From: Phaeosaccion multiseriatum | Taxonomy: Eukaryota > Protista > Ochrophyta, other classes | DNA length: 64,000 nt | Reading direction: 5' to 3' | Assembly (NCBI GenBank): GCA_965112735.1 | Contig: OZ218956.1 | Coordinates: 3,038,001-3,102,000 of the forward strand | Part shown: piece by piece, positions 62,619-64,000 of the stretch | How positions within the stretch are numbered: the first letter of the stretch is position 1 | Layout: each line of letters begins with the position of its first letter | The notes under the pieces: generated by a model | What the model saw: only the letters and a program-made list of their open reading frames with translations | What the model was told of the DNA's origin: nothing | The model's database searches: none | Made by a program: the position numbers and the translations under genes

Positions 62619-64000
62619 ATGGACGGGTGGGACGAAGCAAGCCTGGGGAGCGTCAGTAGTGGTGGGGGAAGCGGTGGCATCGTGGCGCCTCCACCACCTC
62701 CTCCCACAGGAGGAGGTTACTATGCCCAACGCCCGACAGAGGGGGAGGAGGGGGAGGAGCAAGAACAGAGCCAAACACAACACCCCTCCTACCAGCAGCC
62801 CGCCCACTACATGAGCTCTCCAGTGGGAAGGACGCCTGCAGGCGAGTATGACGAGGGAGACCGCCCCATCCCCCCCATGACGGACCCCGGAGCGTATCGA
62901 GGGCCGGCTGCAGCAGTTTTCACGCCCCCCAGAGCGGGGGGAGGGGAAGACCGAGCGGGGGAGCGGTTGAGCTCTGTGATTCAGCAGCGCCAGTCGGAAC
63001 TCGACGACGTCCGAGCGAGCCCTCTGCTGGCGTTCAAGAACCAGGTGGGGCAGAGCAGAAGCGCCACGCAATCGGCCTCCAAGATGCTGGAGAGGGCGAA
63101 TCGCGCGCTCGGCGCCGACAGGAGTAGGCAAAGGTGAGAAGAAGAGATAGAAGGAGGAAGAGAGAAGCCATCATGCATCGAGGACAATCACTTCATCATC
63201 TCACTTTCTCCAAGGGAATGAAAGTACTGGATGCCATTCCCCGTCTCTCCCTTCTCTTTCGATGCGTAACCCCCCCTTTCCTCTTCTTTGACCTTTACTC
63301 CACCGTTCCCGCTACTCCCCCCTTCCATCAACCCGACAACCCATCCACGAACCCGCTCAGGCTCTCGAGTCACACCCCCCCCCGCAGAGTGACCCAGGCT
63401 GCCACTGTCGATGCCGCCCGCCAACGCTGGGGTGAGGAGAGTGGCCAGCAGAAGCAGCAGCAGCAGGAGCAGCAACACGACCAAGGCGCAGGAACCACCC
63501 CTACACCCCGAGTGGACAAGCTCCGAGGTTAGACTGTCGGGTGGCGGCGGCGAAAGAGGCGGTGTAGAGCAGGATAGCGCCGCCCTACTCAGTGTCAGTT
63601 ACCAGCCTCACTCTTAACCCCTCCTCTTTCCCTTCCTTGTCTTTCCATCGTTTCCCTTCCCCTCCTCTCAGAATCACCAATGGGCATATACTCTCCCCAA
63701 ACAACAATGACATACTCCCCTCCTCCTTCTCCTCGAGGCCCTGCAGGGCCTGCTGAAGGTCCCGGGGGCGAGGGACGAAGAGTCCCCCCGGGGGATGGAG
63801 CTCCCCCCAGGGGGGAGGACGACGGCGGCAGCAGTGACATGGCGATGACGGAGCACCAACACGGCCACCACGAGCCCTCGGCTGCTGCGGTGGCTGCTGT
63901 CTCGCTCCCTGTAGTGCCGAGTGTGGGGGTGGAAGAGGAGGTGACGTCCAAAGAAAACGCACGCAACTCCCAAATGTACGTACGGCCACCAGCGCTATCA
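62619..64000 (+). CDS. 5' part of hypothetical gene (Pro/Gly/Ser-rich); 3' extent uncertain
   Basis: ATG at 62619 is divergent from CAPZB; 172-codon first exon ending at AG|GTGAGA (~63133); further candidate GT-AG exons at ~63361 and ~63747. Confidence 0.45.

Overview
Intron-rich, microsatellite-laden eukaryotic nuclear DNA. It most likely comes from a photosynthetic stramenopile with a complex red-type plastid (inferred from an AFAP bipartite presequence and a signal-peptide-bearing DRP5B/ARC5). Recognisable genes: a 12-repeat PPR protein, syntaxin-5, a plasmepsin-V-like aspartic protease, a plastid-targeted Pro/Ala-rich protein, a poly-Q CCCH-G zinc-finger protein, a large acidic protein, a cytochrome P450, DRP5B, a putatively ER-luminal acylphosphatase-fold protein, PIG-A, a low-complexity hypothetical protein, F-actin capping protein beta, and the 5' end of an unknown gene. 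The main unexplained signal is a 14-bp motif, AGTTGGTG(A/G)TACAG, found by eye 12 times exactly and 7 more times with one mismatch. It occurs in both orientations, in introns, 3' flanks and coding sequence, and in different reading frames. Also noted: a three-copy MITE family with TCGACCCCTGAC terminal repeats, a tandem pair of intronic box C/D snoRNA candidates, and introns with GT-rich 5' ends and AC-rich acceptors that lack pyrimidine tracts. All exon boundaries and counts were made by eye and are approximate.
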